The notes under the pieces are model-generated. The model did not search any database. It was not told the DNA's origin and worked only from the letters and a program-made list of their open reading frames with translations. Shown piece after piece: positions 12,262 to 26,428 of a DNA stretch of 64,000 nucleotides; the stretch's first letter is position 1, and every line of letters begins with the position of its first letter. Position numbers and translations under genes: made by a program. This stretch comes from Octopus sinensis (lineage: Eukaryota). The stretch is from the NCBI RefSeq assembly GCF_006345805.1, contig NC_043000.1, positions 142,786,001 to 142,850,000 on the forward strand. The letters run 5' to 3'.

Positions 12262-13079
12262 TGTAGTGGATCTTGCATGCATACGGTGGATTCGATCCAC
12301 CATAGCCAAACTTAAATTAACACTGCAACAGAACTTTTCCCACGGTGGAACAATGTTTTTTCTCTGACAGCAGTTTTATATGTTCCAGATGCCTTTAGCT
12401 AGGCTGAAATAATGTCTTCACCACTTGACCCCTTCTAACATCTTCTACTTCATCAAAAGCTAGAATAGAGATAACAAGACCACCAACTTAATCTAATGTT
12501 CTCAATGATATGTCTATCCTTCTGGATAGTTATAAAAGCAAGAATACCCCAAGCAAAAATCAGTCGGTAACGGCTCAACGAGATCAGTCGCATGATGACG
12601 ACTCAATGAGAACGAAGTCTGGCTGACCAGCTAGAACCTTGATTAAGAGGAGAAATGAAGTTTACTGTCAGCAACTATGAGACAACACCCTATAAATCTC
12701 ACTAGCTCTAATTATGTTCTCTTACATCAATCTATCTCTCTTTGTAATTACTACTAAACAATGAAGAGGACACAAACACAAACTTTACTTCGTATGCTTT
12801 TGGATTTATCATAACCTGCCAGTCGAGGCAAGGTATTTGTAACGTAACAGTAAATAAATACTTTCTTAAAACTTTATGCATTGTTCATCTTTCACATCTC
12901 CCAGTAAGCAATTATAACAACACATTTTTATATTATAACAAATTTTAAATTATAACAAATCGTTACGACTGCTGACTCCGATATTTCATAATATTGTGTA
13001 CATAATCAATCTTACCCGTTACAATTGGTAACTAAACCAACCAATTAAAACCTAACCGTTACAATTGGTGACCCTCGAC
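12262..13079 (+). mobile_element. LTR-like segment ending ...GTTACA, followed by a tRNA-Trp-like primer-binding site
   Basis: CCGTTACA-AT-TGGTGACCCTCGAC (13056-13079) matches the complement of the tRNA-Trp 3' end (TGGTGACCCCGAC) with one insertion. TATAAA and AATAAA lie upstream. 5' boundary uncertain. Confidence 0.45.
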
Positions 13080-13212
13080 TTCAACTAAAAACTTTATCGT
13101 TACGCATATATATTTTACAAAGTATATATTTAGATAACAACATGTAATTTATATACATCATGTACACACTGCCACACTGCTATACTGAAATATATATATA
13201 TATATAATATAT

Positions 13213-13278
<66 letters not shown>

Positions 13279-13290
13279 CATATATATATA

Positions 13291-13342
<52 letters not shown>

Positions 13343-13489
13343 CATATATACATACATACATACAAAATACATACATACACACGTACACACATACATGTAT
13401 ACATATACGCACACACATACATACATACATACATACATACATACATGTCACGCAATTTCGGTAACATAAACGGCAAATATTTTTGTCTG

Positions 13490-14110
13490 TCTATTATTCC
13501 CTGCTCAAAGTTTCATTTTTTTTTTTTTTTTTTTTTTTGTATTTACTGGGAATAAACTCTTCCGTATGAAGTTGTAGATTCTTTTCCGAGTTGAAGGTCT
13601 GAGTATTCAATGAATGTTAAAAAGACCGGAAACGGAGGAAATCTGACGGCGCATTGTCAGGTGAATATGGAGGGTGCGGCAAAACTTCCCAGCTAAACCC
13701 CAGTAAGTTTTGCCGTGCTGCAAAGAAATGTCCGGTCGGGCATTGTCGCATCGGAAGACAATACCTTTACGATTAGCATGTGCTTGATTCTCTGGTGAAT
13801 CGTTGCATTTAATTTACCCAGATGGTCACTGTACTCATCCGAAGTGATGGTATTGTTCGCGGGAAGAATCTTGTAAGTGACAACACCCTTCCAATCCCAA
13901 CAAACTGGAAGCAAAACCTTCTTCATGTGAAGTTCTGCTTTTGCGTTTGTTTGTGATTGTTCCTCGTGATTCTTCGATCATTGGTTGTGCTTCACGTCGT
14001 TATAGACGGTTTATTTGCATCCCCTGTTTCCATTCTCTCCAAACTGGATCATTTTCTTCACGTTTCTGCAACGAATCGCGGATGGAAATACGAGTAGCAC
14101 TCACTTGAAA
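13490..14110 (-). mobile_element. Mariner transposase remnant
   Basis: KKVLLPVCWDWKGVV..., then WEVLPHPPYSPDNAPSDF (mariner YSPDLAP motif) in another frame; frameshifted. Confidence 0.9.
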
Positions 14111-14659
14111 TTTGTATCATGTCAAAAATTGTGGGCGGGGTGGGGGGTGTTGAAGAACCTACCAATATTGCTTCAATCATGAGGATTTCTGTACATTATA
14201 TATGTGCTCTTCACTTATGCTATTTTATCTGGTTTCTTTGTTGTATGGTTTTAAACATTGCAGCTGTACCCATTTGTAAATTCATGGTGAAACGACAAGG
14301 TATTTTCTTGTTATTTAGGCAACATAATGGTTGGAATTTACAACTTTCACATTCGCCAACGAATTTATGAATTATATTTTACTGTAATTTGTTCGCGGAG
14401 AAGCAAAGTTTTTTGTCCTTGTTTTGATAGCCTTTAATTTTGATATTTACGCATTGATTTATGGTTTAATGTAAACTATTTTATATTCTACTTTATGAGG
14501 ATATTGATAATGCTTTCATCACCTCAACACTTAGTGTGCATTTGTGTCAACCAGTACAAATTATATCGGCCTTGTATACTGATTGATATCGTCCAATATA
14601 TCTTTTATGTTGTACTTATTTCTGTTTCTCTGTTTATAGTTTGATTATTTGATGGTTAT

Positions 14660-14865
14660 TAGATGGCGAGCTGACTGAGTCGTAAATACGTCGGACAGAA
14701 AAGCGTAGTGACATTTCGTCCGTCTTTACGTTCTGTGTTCAAACTCTACCGAGATCACTTTTGATTTTCCTCTTTTCTAGGCTGATTAAAAGAACCAGTT
14801 GAATTCTGTAATCTACTTTCTCCTTCTCTAAAATGTGAGGCTTTGTATCTATAGTAAAAAGATTA
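14660..14865 (+). mobile_element. Old SINE family A
   Basis: GGCGAGCTGACTGAGTCGT...TTACGTTCTGTGTTCAAAC is a diverged head. Confidence 0.6.
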
Positions 14866-15677
14866 CTAATTAATTAGTCAAAGTACCCATTGTTGATAAT
14901 TATTTGTTTCTTGTGGACTTCTTTATCACTTTCGTTCATGGGAGAGAATTTGAATGTGTTTCTAAGTAATAATTTTCTCCCTATCGTTTTGCGTGGAAGT
15001 AGATAGCTCAATGCGGAAATAGTACATACAACATACATACATGTTGCATGAATGGTGACCCATAAATCTAGCGTCAAAGCATTTAAACACTTGTTTGCAG
15101 TAACTTCCACACCAATCACATTACCCCCTGCTTTCTTCTGACAATAAAACAACACTCGCTAAAGTCACTTCGATTTGAAGATGAGATTATGATGCCTTAG
15201 CATATGTTAATGATAGATTTAGTAACTTCACTGTTCCAAATAAACTGCCAAGAATTTATTACAGAATTGTAAAAACCTACATTGATGAAATGATAAAATT
15301 AAAACACAGACATGTGTTCAATACAACATGCCGAAAAGAAAAAAACCCATTTCACTATATATTTATATACTTATGTACAAGTTGCTGTAAATAATTATTA
15401 TAAATATAGTTATTACAAATAGTTACAGATGGTCACATTTCGTTACTCTGGAGTTTCATGCCGGAACGATAGTTTCCAAACAGTGTCAACTGTTGAATTA
15501 TTCCAATATTGGAATAATTCAAAAGTACTTATCGTTTGAAAAGTTCGAAGCAACGGAATGTGGTCAACTATAACTATATATGATGATAAATATTTATTCC
15601 GAAGTAACTAGTTTCACATATTTATATTTGTATGTGTGTATGTGTGTATAAATTTTATGTATGTATGTATTTATCTA

Positions 15678-15750
<73 letters not shown>

Positions 15751-16099
15751 ATGTGTCTGTATGTATGCATGACTACAGACATACTCATACACACACGCAG
15801 ACATATATATACCATCTAGTTAATGCATATACACACAGACATAAGCATAAACCTTTCTATATCTATCTCTATCTCTATCTTCATACTTGTGTGTGTGTGT
15901 GTATGTGTGTGTGTGTATGTGTGTGTGTGTTTGTGTGCGTCTGTGTGTGTGTGTGTAAACATGCATGAGTGTGAAATAAACATCAGAGTTACTTTTCCGA
16001 AGTAGATACTGCAAGAGCAATATAAAAAAGTAAAAAGGTTTCAATATCTTCTGTATCTTCAATCAGTATCTCAATATAACCTGTATTTCGCCTATCGGC

Positions 16100-16690
16100 C
16101 GGCCTGTAACCGTCGCCTTGGACAGAGATATTTGAATTCCCCCCATCTATAGAAGAGTTCCATCTGGTTTATTCCGGCAACTATAAGCAACTTGAGCTAA
16201 ACTCGTCTGCCAAAGCCATCATCCTGGCGACTGTCTGCTGTTTTTTAAATTTCAGGCCACTCCAACAAAAGAGGATTGGTTTCAAATTTAAACAATAATG
16301 GAGAAATGGAATTGAGTACGCATACCATTTTTTGAAAATTGCTCCATCCACCAAGGTCTGGTAAATAGCTTTGTGGATAAGTGCCAAGTTTGTCCTCACA
16401 AAATGCTGTGATTTCGGCAACGATGCTCGTTTTTATGTTCCTTGATATGAGAGACATCTTTCATCGGAGCAATATTACTAGCAACTCTTCCGGAAAGATA
16501 AGTCTTCCCTTCAGAACCATCTGTAACACCTAGTCAAAAGCTTGTGGCATAACAAAAAACGAGTCTCAACACAGCTATTTTTCCGTTGGACATCTTATCA
16601 CCTTTCCTTATAAACTTGATACTTTTGAGTAGCGATGACTGTTATTTGTTGGCCTTAATTCTCTACAGGTTCGACCACTTGAAGGTTTCT
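16100..16690 (-). mobile_element. Degenerate Penelope-like reverse transcriptase fragment
   Basis: Broken frames with VCVLNS..FKFE..LL and QDDGFG, resembling the PLE RT YxDD region. Confidence 0.4.
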
Positions 16691-17564
16691 CTAAGGACAT
16701 TATCATGCTTTTTTTTTTCGAGTGTGTGTGTATCAGCCTTCTTGCAATAAATTATGCAACAGGTAAAAGTGTAGTTCAGAATACAAAGAGTTCTGCACTG
16801 ATTGCAGATATTTTTTTATTCCAAACTTTAATATTTATTTGGTGTTGTCAAGTAATCAGCAATTTTGTATCCCTCTCCACATCACCAAATTTTTCTTCTC
16901 CGCTCATCTACCACGTTTCTCCCTTCGACCACGTTTCCTCTAACGCATACGCTTAACTACGCAACTCTTACCCTCAACCATGTCTTGTTATTCTTTATCG
17001 TATCTAATATTTCATAATATAAGGATGAAGTAGATTATTTTCCTACACGGTAAAACAAGAATTGTGTAATTCCGAATAATTTTCTTTTCATTTTGTTTCT
17101 TACTCACTTTTTGTTTACCTAATTTAGAATGAAAACAATAATCTGAATATACAACTTATAGGTAATATAATCAACTGTCTGTCTTTCAGTCTATACTGAT
17201 GAACACAATCATGTCGAAACATGTTTACCGACACAATTATAGAATAAAATATAAAATATATTTAGATTTAATTGTGTAAACATAAAGTTCTGAAATAATA
17301 TTTCTTTTGCTCTTGTTCCATTCTTTTAAACGAAAACAAAAATGGAACTGCCTAAAACGTTTCATATTCTACGAAAAAAACGATTTGTGCAAACCGTTGG
17401 TAATTCTCTCAGAACAGCCAACCAACATAAGAAATTTTTCTTTGATACCTAGAAGTGCGATTTTTGCCGACGCAGGCTACTACCACTCTCTCTGAGTTTT
17501 ACATTTATCTGTATGTATGTGCTTGTGTATATATGTGTGTATGCGTGTGAGTGAGAGAATATAT

Positions 17565-17784
17565 ATTTCTTTACTATCCACAAGGGGCTAAAGATAGAGA
17601 GGACAAACAAGGACAGACAAAGGGATTAAGTCGATTACATCGACCCCAGTGCGCAACTGGTACTTAATTCATCGACCCCGAAAGGATGAAAGGCAAAGTC
17701 GACCTCGGCGGAATTTGAACTCAGAACGTAACAGCAGACGAAATACGGCCACGCATTTCGCCCGGCGTGCTAACGTTTCTGCCA
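17565..17784 (-). mobile_element. SINE family A, slightly 5'-truncated
   Basis: 16-bp TSD GAGTGAGAGAATATAT at 17549-17564 and 17785-17800. Confidence 0.9.
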
Positions 17785-17844
17785 GAGTGAGAGAATATAT
17801 GTGTGCGTGCATGCGCGCGCGTGTGTATGTGTGTGTGTGTGTGT

Positions 17845-17905
<61 letters not shown>

Positions 17906-18645
17906 CAAACACAAAGACACTGATAAATCACTTAAACACACATTGTCAGATGTGCTATGCAGTTGTACGAACATACATTTTGTTGTCAGTTATTTAAATT
18001 CTTTTCTTATCTGTTTGCTGTCATTTCACAATGGTGATGGTGTGTGTGCGCGGGACGCGGGCGGGAGGGGCACGGCGATGGTGTAAAGGTTGGTTATGTG
18101 TTTTTCGGTGCATCCTCCTAATAGACATTCTAATTGAATCACCTGGTAATTTCCAGCAGATGAACATTTGCAATCGTTTTTCAATGAGAAAGAAACATCC
18201 TTGTATGTTACACCCACAGCAGGAAGAATTAAATTGCCTTGCTATGCATCAGTGATTTTATTAATGATTGGACATTTCATTCAACGAAAACCTTGCAGCT
18301 AAACCTGATTATATACTTCAGAGAAAAGCACTGTATGCAATGCATCGTCTTAAAAATGAATGCTTTAAATACAGTTAATTGTCCGGCCAAAACCTATTCT
18401 CCAAACTATGCACAAATTTCTAAGCGAGTTAAGTTACTACCATTTTCCTTCGAGTTCTTTTACATCTGTGTTTTTGCCGCAGAGCGAAATTCCAATAAAA
18501 CAGATTATTCGTTTCTTTCACACACACACACACACCGTATTAAATGAAAATACTCAACACCATACATTATCTCTACCCCTCAACAATGCAGGAATATACT
18601 TCACTGTGTATATACACACGCAGACACTCGAGTGCACACACACAC

Positions 18646-18690
<45 letters not shown>

Positions 18691-18710
18691 CACACACACA
18701 CACACACACA

Positions 18711-18760
<50 letters not shown>

Positions 18761-18785
18761 CACACACACACATGAATATATATAT

Positions 18786-18853
<68 letters not shown>

Positions 18854-19868
18854 CAGATATATATATGCCAAATTTTTATTAATATTATTAGTGTTATTAT
18901 CGAGTGAGAGAACAGTGCATGCTCTCAAAGTGACACAGGGGTACAAATATACAAATATACAAATCCCAGTATACCCATCATGACTAGCCGTCTGAAAATG
19001 GTTCACCAGACAAGTGCATTGCAACCATATGTGTGCGACATGGTGATTGCATATCAAGATACAGAGCGCATAACTTTGCAGATGGGACCCAGTTATAATT
19101 TTCTTCTGGTCGAGTAGCCCACCATTCTCAATAGGATTCTGAATTAAGGTTGTTTAAGGATGTTGAACAAAAAACCCTATGTTTCCAGTCGTTAAGTATT
19201 GAAGATCCCATAGAATTCCCCTCAGCACATGGCTATGATGCTCACCCACTACTCCTGCTCATTATTAGAGATGCACATACCGTCAGTCATTAACGATCAT
19301 GTTCAAATGCTTAAAGTCACACATCTGACATGCGAATCTGTGGTACTGAGCAGAATATTTGCTGTATCCCATCTTTTATACCAATACAAAGCATGTAAAT
19401 GATAACAATTCCAATCAGTTATTATCAAAAGCTATGAGAGTCAGGACTAAGCATTGCATTTTATTATTATAATTGTTATTATTATTATTGTTGTTGTTAT
19501 TATTATTTTCATATTCACACAACAGATTAGACTGTTCGAAAAGTAAAATTCCTGACAAGTGGCTACAACAAGTAGATGCCAAGAGCCCACCTAAGTATCC
19601 TAGCTCTCCTTAATAACACTGTTTTCTGGCGCTGTATAAAATGGGTTTTATGCCTATTTCCTCTAACCTTTTGTTCAAATCTTTAGGGATAGTTATCAAT
19701 GCACCTATTACTACTGGGATACATTTCACTCGCACTTCCCATAGTCTCTAGGATTCAATGGCTAGGTCCTGGTACTTTGCTATTTTTCTATACCTCTCAT
19801 ATTTCTTTTTCCATCATTTGGGACTGTAAAGTAAATTATCGGGCATTTTCTATTCTCTTTATCTGCTA

Positions 19869-20240
19869 CGTAGGAGTGGCTGTGTGTTAAGTAGCTTGCT
19901 TACCGACCACATGGTTCAGGGTTCAGTCCCACTACGTGGCACCTTGGGCAAGTGTCTTCTACTATAGCCTCGGGCCGACCAAAGCCTTGTGAGTGGATTT
20001 GGTAGACGGAAACTGAAAGAAGCCCGTCGTATATATATATATGTATGTGTGTCTGCGTTTGTCCCCCCAACATCGCTTGACAACCGATGCTGTAACTTAG
20101 CAGCTCGGCAAAAGAGACCTATAGAATAAGTACTAGGCTTACAAAGAATAAGTCCTGGGGTCGATTTGCTCGACTAAAGGTGGTGCCCCAGCATGGCCGC
20201 AGTCAAATGACTGAAACAAGTAAAAGAGTAAAAGAGAGTA
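19869..20240 (+). mobile_element. SINE family B nested in the R4/Dong element
   Basis: Family B head, CORE-like segment and AAAGAGT tail. Confidence 0.9.
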
Positions 20241-21936
20241 CTACTAAATCAGGCCTTCGATTTTCTATCACTCTGTCAGTTTGAATGTCCTACAACATCT
20301 TGTATTACTTCATAGTATTTTACTTGGTTCATAATCATACCTTTTATTAGTTTGTTTAAATCCTAGCTTTCTACATATATCCCACTGGATTACTCTCCCT
20401 ATATTATCATGTCTTTTCTTGTATTCTTTCTGTGCCAGCATACTACATTCACTTACTATATGAATAAGGCTTTCCACTTTTCATTTGTATAACTTACACT
20501 GGGAATCTACTTGTTTTTGTCTATCTTTGCTTTTATTCAATTAGTCCTTAACGTTTGATCTTATGCTGCTACTAACAAGCTCTCTGTCGCCCTTTTCTGC
20601 TTGCATTTCTGCGAACATAACCATGTCTCACTACTGCTATTTTTTGCAAACATTTTTGGGAATCTACCATGCAACGCCTTCTCCTGCCAGGCAGATAATT
20701 TTTGTTCTTTTTTTCTGGCTTTTAATTTCCTTTCCGTTCTTGGTTTCTCTATGTCTTTCTGTAACTCCAGCAGCTTTTAATAATCCTTCTTCACTATTAC
20801 CTACGTAGGATTCTATATCTACTGTAGCCAAATCCATGCAGTCTTATATTGATATTAACCCTCTTCCGCCTCCCTTTCTTGGTATGTATAACCTTCCTAC
20901 TCCTGATCTTGGGTGGAGTCCTCCATTCATAGTCCTTCTTTCCAGCTATTTCAGTTTTTGTCCTATCTACAAAAGCTACAGAGTATCAAAGTAATGATAC
21001 TGCCCAGGTATTTACAGCCTTCACTAGATTCGGGTCATTTAGCTTTGACTTTACTAGCTTCCTCAATCTTCTGATATACTCATTCTCAATTTTCGTTTTC
21101 ATTTCTATAGTTAGTACTCTGTCAGATTCTAATACTCCTAGATACTTATAACTCTCTCCTCCTTGCAATGATTTTAATATTTGGCCATCTGATAATTGGA
21201 GGCATTCACTGTTTACTACCTGTCCCTTCCTCATCAATAATATTCCACACTTATCTATGCCAAATTCCATGCCCGTATCTTTGCTTAAGAGTTTTACCAT
21301 CTGTATTAAAGAATCTTTCTTTTTATTCTTACTAAAAAGCTTCAGATTATCCATGTAGAGCAAATGGTTAATTTTTCCCCTACTATTTCTGAACTGACAC
21401 TCTGCCTTTGCCTTCTTAAAACTAAACTGAGGAGTATCAAACATAAGACAAATATATTAAAGGGGACAACAAGTACCCTTGGGGAATTCTTCTTTTGATA
21501 TTAACTTTCCCTTTGACTGTGTCACCTGAGTAGAGATCTACTTTCCATTTCTCCATGCTAAAGCTAATTAATTCGCTTATGTTGTCTGCTATACTGAATA
21601 AACTCAAACATTCACTTATTCATGTTTGTGGGATGATGTCATGAGTTTCCTTTAACCTATCCATGCTATTGTTAAATATTTCTTTCTTGCTTTTACTTCA
21701 TTTTGAACTGCTTTGTCTTTGTATAATAAATCATGCGTTCCTCTAGCCTTCTTGTAACTTCTCTCTTCTGTTGGCAGTAAATTCTGGTTGTCAAGGTGCT
21801 TGTAAATGCTTTCTGAAAGTATTCTTGTTAATAGTTTCCATACTAATTGTAAGCAAGTGATTGGCCGACAGTTGCTAGCAGTGTTACCCTTGTTCTTATA
21901 TTTCATAATGGGACTGTTCTCCCTCTAACCATCCAA

Positions 21937-22028
21937 TTTGGTATTAATCCAGAAATATTATTTGGTATTAATCCTGAAATATTATTTGGTATTAATCCTG
22001 AAATATTATTTAGTATTAATCCTGAAAT
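21937..22028 (+). repeat. 24-bp tandem repeat TTTGGTATTAATCCTGAAATATTA, ~3.8 copies
   Basis: Directly visible. Confidence 0.9.
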
Positions 22029-22189
22029 TGGTCATCCAGTCTGGTATTAGTTCCCTATTAAAGTAATCCTGAAGTTGAAGGCAATTATTTTTATATTCTA
22101 CTTCTCAGGGATCTCGATCTCTCTTGTTCGGGTTGATTCTGTGAGAGCGGACAACAACTTGTCATACTTTGTAAATTGGATGTTAAGTA

Positions 22190-22578
22190 GGGGAGGGAAG
22201 CACTCCGTCGGTTACGACAACGAGGGTTCCGGTTGATCCGATCAACGGAACAGCCTGCTCGTGAAATTAACGTGTAAGTGGCTGAGCACTCCACAGATAC
22301 GTGTACCCTTAACGTAGTTCTCGGGGATATTCAGCGTGACACAGAGAGTGACAAGGCCGGCCCTTTGAAATACAGGTACAACAGAAACAGGAAGTAAGAG
22401 TGAGAGAAAGTTGTGGTGAAAGAGTACAGCAGGGATCACCACCATCCCTGCCGGAGCCTCGTGGAGCTTTAGGTGTTTTCGCTCAATAAACACTCACAAC
22501 GCCCGGTCTGGGAATCGAAACCGCGATCCTACGACCGCGAGTCCGCTGCCCTAACCACTGGGCCATTGCGCCTCCGGG
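22190..22578 (-). mobile_element. tRNA(Arg)-like SINE, family C, full length
   Basis: Head GGAGGCGCAATGGCCCAGTGGTTAGGGCAGCGGACTCGCGG...GGTTTCGATTCCC; TSD TGTTAAGTA at 22181-22189 and 22579-22587. Confidence 0.85.
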
Positions 22579-22724
22579 TGTTAAGTATCGTGGAAGATAC
22601 TCAACACCCAAACACCAATCTCAAAATCCTAGCTTATTAATCAACAGAGCAGCTTTTGGGTGGGGGAATGATCTGCTCCCATGTCAGTTCTAATTATCAT
22701 TATTATTATTATCATCATCATTAT

Positions 22725-22865
22725 TATTATTTACATTATTTACATTCGACGGATATTTGTCCTCATCATGTTTGTTGTTTCGGCTGATATACCCACTAGC
22801 CTTCATCAGGTGTCTTGGGGAAATTCCGAATCTGGGTTCTCATTCCTAAGGTGTTTTTCGATATT
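22725..22865 (-). mobile_element. Penelope-like terminal fragment with damaged hammerhead
   Basis: Minus strand CAC-CTGATGA-A GGCT...AGCC-GAAAC, but the cleavage-site and stem I 3' strand are missing; embedded in (ATT)n. Confidence 0.55.
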
Positions 22866-23066
22866 ATTATCATTATTTTTTTTTTCTTTTTTCAAATTTG
22901 CTTCCATTTCTTGACGAATATCTTCCCGACTCCTAGGGCAAAGAAACTCATAGTATACATCGGTAGGCCATTAAACTAAACTCAATAGTTCGTTCATTTT
23001 TTTTAAAGTTACGTTTAAATTAAAATCCATGGGTAGTTATCATTATTATTATTATTATTATTATTA

Positions 23067-23103
<37 letters not shown>

Positions 23104-23360
23104 ATTATTTTTATTATTATCTAAAGCAGTTTCATTCGGCTTTATGTGACTAAAAGTTTCACAAGCTCTCTGACAGAACCCCGTCTCGTTCGGGCTTCGA
23201 TTACCAAATAAAGAAGCAGAGAAAGTTGAAGATGGCTGCCGGAATGTGAAGATGGTCACTAAAAATTGGGTCATGTGGTGTTAAACATCATGTCGGCATT
23301 TCAGCGACACCAGATTGGTTAGAAAGAAAATTTCTTGGATCGCACAGCTGGTGAGTGTGC

Positions 23361-23366
23361 GTGTGT

Positions 23367-23465
<99 letters not shown>

Positions 23466-23472
23466 CGTGTGT
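23361..23472. repeat. Long (TG)n microsatellite, representative of many TA/TG/TC/GATA tracts in the window
   Basis: Directly visible. Confidence 0.95.
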
Positions 23473-24069
23473 ATACCAGATTGTGAATGCATGGATATGT
23501 GTATATGTTTGTGCGCATGTGTTAGTGTTTGTAAGTATGTACATTATTGCATTTCTGTATAAACGTATGAGTTAGTCCCTGTTTGTCTGACAGAACATTA
23601 ATTTAGGTGTGTCTGATGTGTATGTATACATATATACATGCATGTATGCATGCATACATACATATACATGCTTTTGATATTTGTATATGCAGGTGTGGCA
23701 GATGTATGCTAGTGTAGTTTCAACAGAGTTGCTCGATAGCGATGGGTGTTGGACTGAGGTTTGGTGTTGTGGGAATGGAAAGACGATGAATGTGCGTACA
23801 CAAATGTGTTTATGTGTTTGTGTATGTTTGTGAATATGTGTGTGACTGTGTACAGCTGTGGATGTATTTGTGTGTGTTTATGTGTGTCTATGTCCGTACA
23901 CATGTTCATGGACGCGAATGTATAATGCTGCAAGGGAGGCATAATGTTGTGCTGTCATTCTGCGGTCTGCATAGTCAGTGGTTAGTTGAAACCGTGTTCT
24001 TAGTTATGGGGCAGCCAATATTCAGGAGCAGCCGATGTCAAGGTGGTGTATCTGGGTTGTTGACAGCTA

Positions 24070-24660
24070 GTGGTTTGATCTTCACTAGGAGGGTGTGTCT
24101 TTGGTACCAGCAATAAGATAATTCGTATTTCTTCTTGATAGGTAACACGGGTTGGTGGAAAATGTGTAGCTTTTCACGGAGGCACATCCGGTATTTTCGG
24201 GTATCGGAAAGTAGGGTAGGGCTCCTGCCGATTTTGGTATATTCCATGCCTGATGTTTTATTCCAGAGGTCACGGAGTCTCTGTAGGGGACGAGACAAAG
24301 AAGCGAAATTCTCTCTATCCCTGCATTTAGGTGAGTGATTATGCTATGATTTACCTTGATATCAATGGTTGCCATGCCCGTGTATTGCTTTGTGATGTAT
24401 TCAGATGGTGTAAGAGTAGCCCTATAGATTACAGCCCTTGGGGTGCAGAATCCACTTAAAGGGAAGCTAGTATGGTTTCGACAGTTACATCTTGTATTTG
24501 GAGGTTTTGAAGATGCATGTTTGCATCTGTTAGCATGCAGTATTGGAAGCGATCTTATTCAAGCAGAAGTAGTTCACATTGACGTTATGTAGGTCGAAGA
24601 GGTTACAGTGTTTGTGGCCCTAGGAGAATTTCTTCATTATGAACAACAGGGAGCTCCTAG
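24070..24660 (-). mobile_element. Penelope-like element GIY-YIG endonuclease remnant
   Basis: RCNCRNHTSFPLSGFC..AVIYRAT..YTGM, then RMCLREKLHIF..KKKYEL..RHTLLV, matching the PLE CxC..CPL.G.C / VIY / YIG / CLxEK layout. Confidence 0.8.
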
Positions 24661-25394
24661 CTAGTTGATGGCATCTTCTGCGTCACATGGAAGGCTGAAC
24701 CAGATTATATTTTTCTCTTTGGTCCTCTCTGCCCAGTTAAAATTCCTGTCAAATTTCACTTAAACCACAATGTACTATGTTTAAAAGGACACATTGGTTA
24801 ATGTAAATTCGAGTATAGTATTGCTTTAAAAAAAAACAGGATGATCGTGGCTTGATTGATCTCGATTTTGTGACAGTTCATTCTACGATGACTTATACCT
24901 AAAAAAGAAAGAAAAACAGGATATCACAAATGTGTTTCAAATCATACTTTACAACATTCTAAAAAATTTTGACATATCATAGTTAGAATATCTTTGAACA
25001 TGTCTGCTTGATCAGAACGGATTTGGGGCTAAATAATAACGCCAGTACTGTAAAGTACTGTAAAATAGACAAAAGGTTAACAGGCAGTTCTGAATTCACC
25101 TCACCGGAGAAGGCAATGAAAAGACAATCTCTGAATTTTTCAGAAGCATCATTACACTTTAAATCGATGAGAGATTTCACAGAAGAGTTCACTGAGTTCA
25201 GTTGCCATTAGGAATGAAATTATCAAATGTTGTGAACACTTGCCCTTCTTCACAGACGGAGAATACATACATACATAATACATACATACATACATACATA
25301 CATACACATACATACATACATACATACATACATACAAACATCTACACACACACACACACACACACATATATGTATATATAGGTATGTATATATA

Positions 25395-25456
<62 letters not shown>

Positions 25457-25512
25457 AATATATGCATATATATATTTACATATATGTGTGTGTATAGATA
25501 GATAGATGTATA

Positions 25513-25548
<36 letters not shown>

Positions 25549-25846
25549 AAAATGCATATACATATATGCATATACACAGACACACACATATCTATATCTA
25601 TATATCTATACGTATGTGTGTATGTCTATGTATATATATATATATATAAATATATATATATACACACAAACATACATACATACACACACATACACACACA
25701 CACACACACACACGTATCAGTATGTTGTTACCGAGATTAATATCTTCCCTCAGATTATAAGGTTTCACGAGACCTATTCTGCAGTGACTACTTACTTACT
25801 AGTCACTAATGAATTTATTCATGTGAAGTTAATGATTTGTTTGAAT

Positions 25847-25913
<67 letters not shown>

Positions 25914-26428
25914 GTCTGTGTCTGTGTACATATGATGTTCACGAAAATGAACTTTCCTGTATTCATCTTTTCGATGTACGTTTTTATATCACTTTACTTC
26001 TCTCGATAGATGTTGCACTAAGTGACATTAATACACACGACATTTTAAAAGAATTTTGAGGGGTTCTTATACTCACCCTATACCACTGGTGCCGGTAAAA
26101 AAAAACATAACCTTTTACATCTTCAACTCAATTCTCATTCTCTAGATGCATCTCTGGCCAATACTGACATTGCAAGCACTATTAGTCTCTTTCTCATCTC
26201 CAAACCTAAGCTCCAGCAGACCTTGACTGTCTGTACCAATCTAGTAGTCATCTTATCAGGAGTATTTATCTCATATCACCATATTTCACCATCCTCAACC
26301 TCGTAGACCCTAAAGCACTTCAGGTCAGTTGACAACCTGATGCCCCACTGAATCTAAATGAATTCTACCTATCTCTGGTAACACGTTGCACTTCAACCCT
26401 GTTTCATCAGAAACAGCTAACCAGATGA

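Larger units (their letters stand above)
19510..22090 (-). mobile_element. R4/Dong-clade non-LTR retrotransposon (RT plus RLE region), decayed and 5'-truncated
   Basis: NCRPITCLQLVWKLLT, HLLYMDNLKLF, GMEFGIDKC, YKYLGVLE, AVNTWAV and a C-terminal IPVVIGAL-type segment; the 3' end abuts a (TAA/CAA)n tract at 19459-19508, typical of Dong-like elements. Confidence 0.85.

Noticed and set aside
17192-17232. CTGATGA...GAAACATGT hammerhead-like motif
   Set aside because: Stem I does not pair and stem II is weak; at most a decayed relic.
21937-22028. Regular 24-bp repeats as a CRISPR array (also 8858-8912)
   Set aside because: Head-to-tail units without spacers, eukaryotic context, no cas genes.
22500-22578. 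tRNA-Arg-like sequence as a tRNA gene
   Set aside because: It is a SINE head continuous with the SINE body and enclosed by a TSD.
23175-23350. Plus-strand exon ending at CTG|GTGAGT
   Set aside because: All frames contain stops, and the donor-like hexamer is the start of a TG microsatellite.
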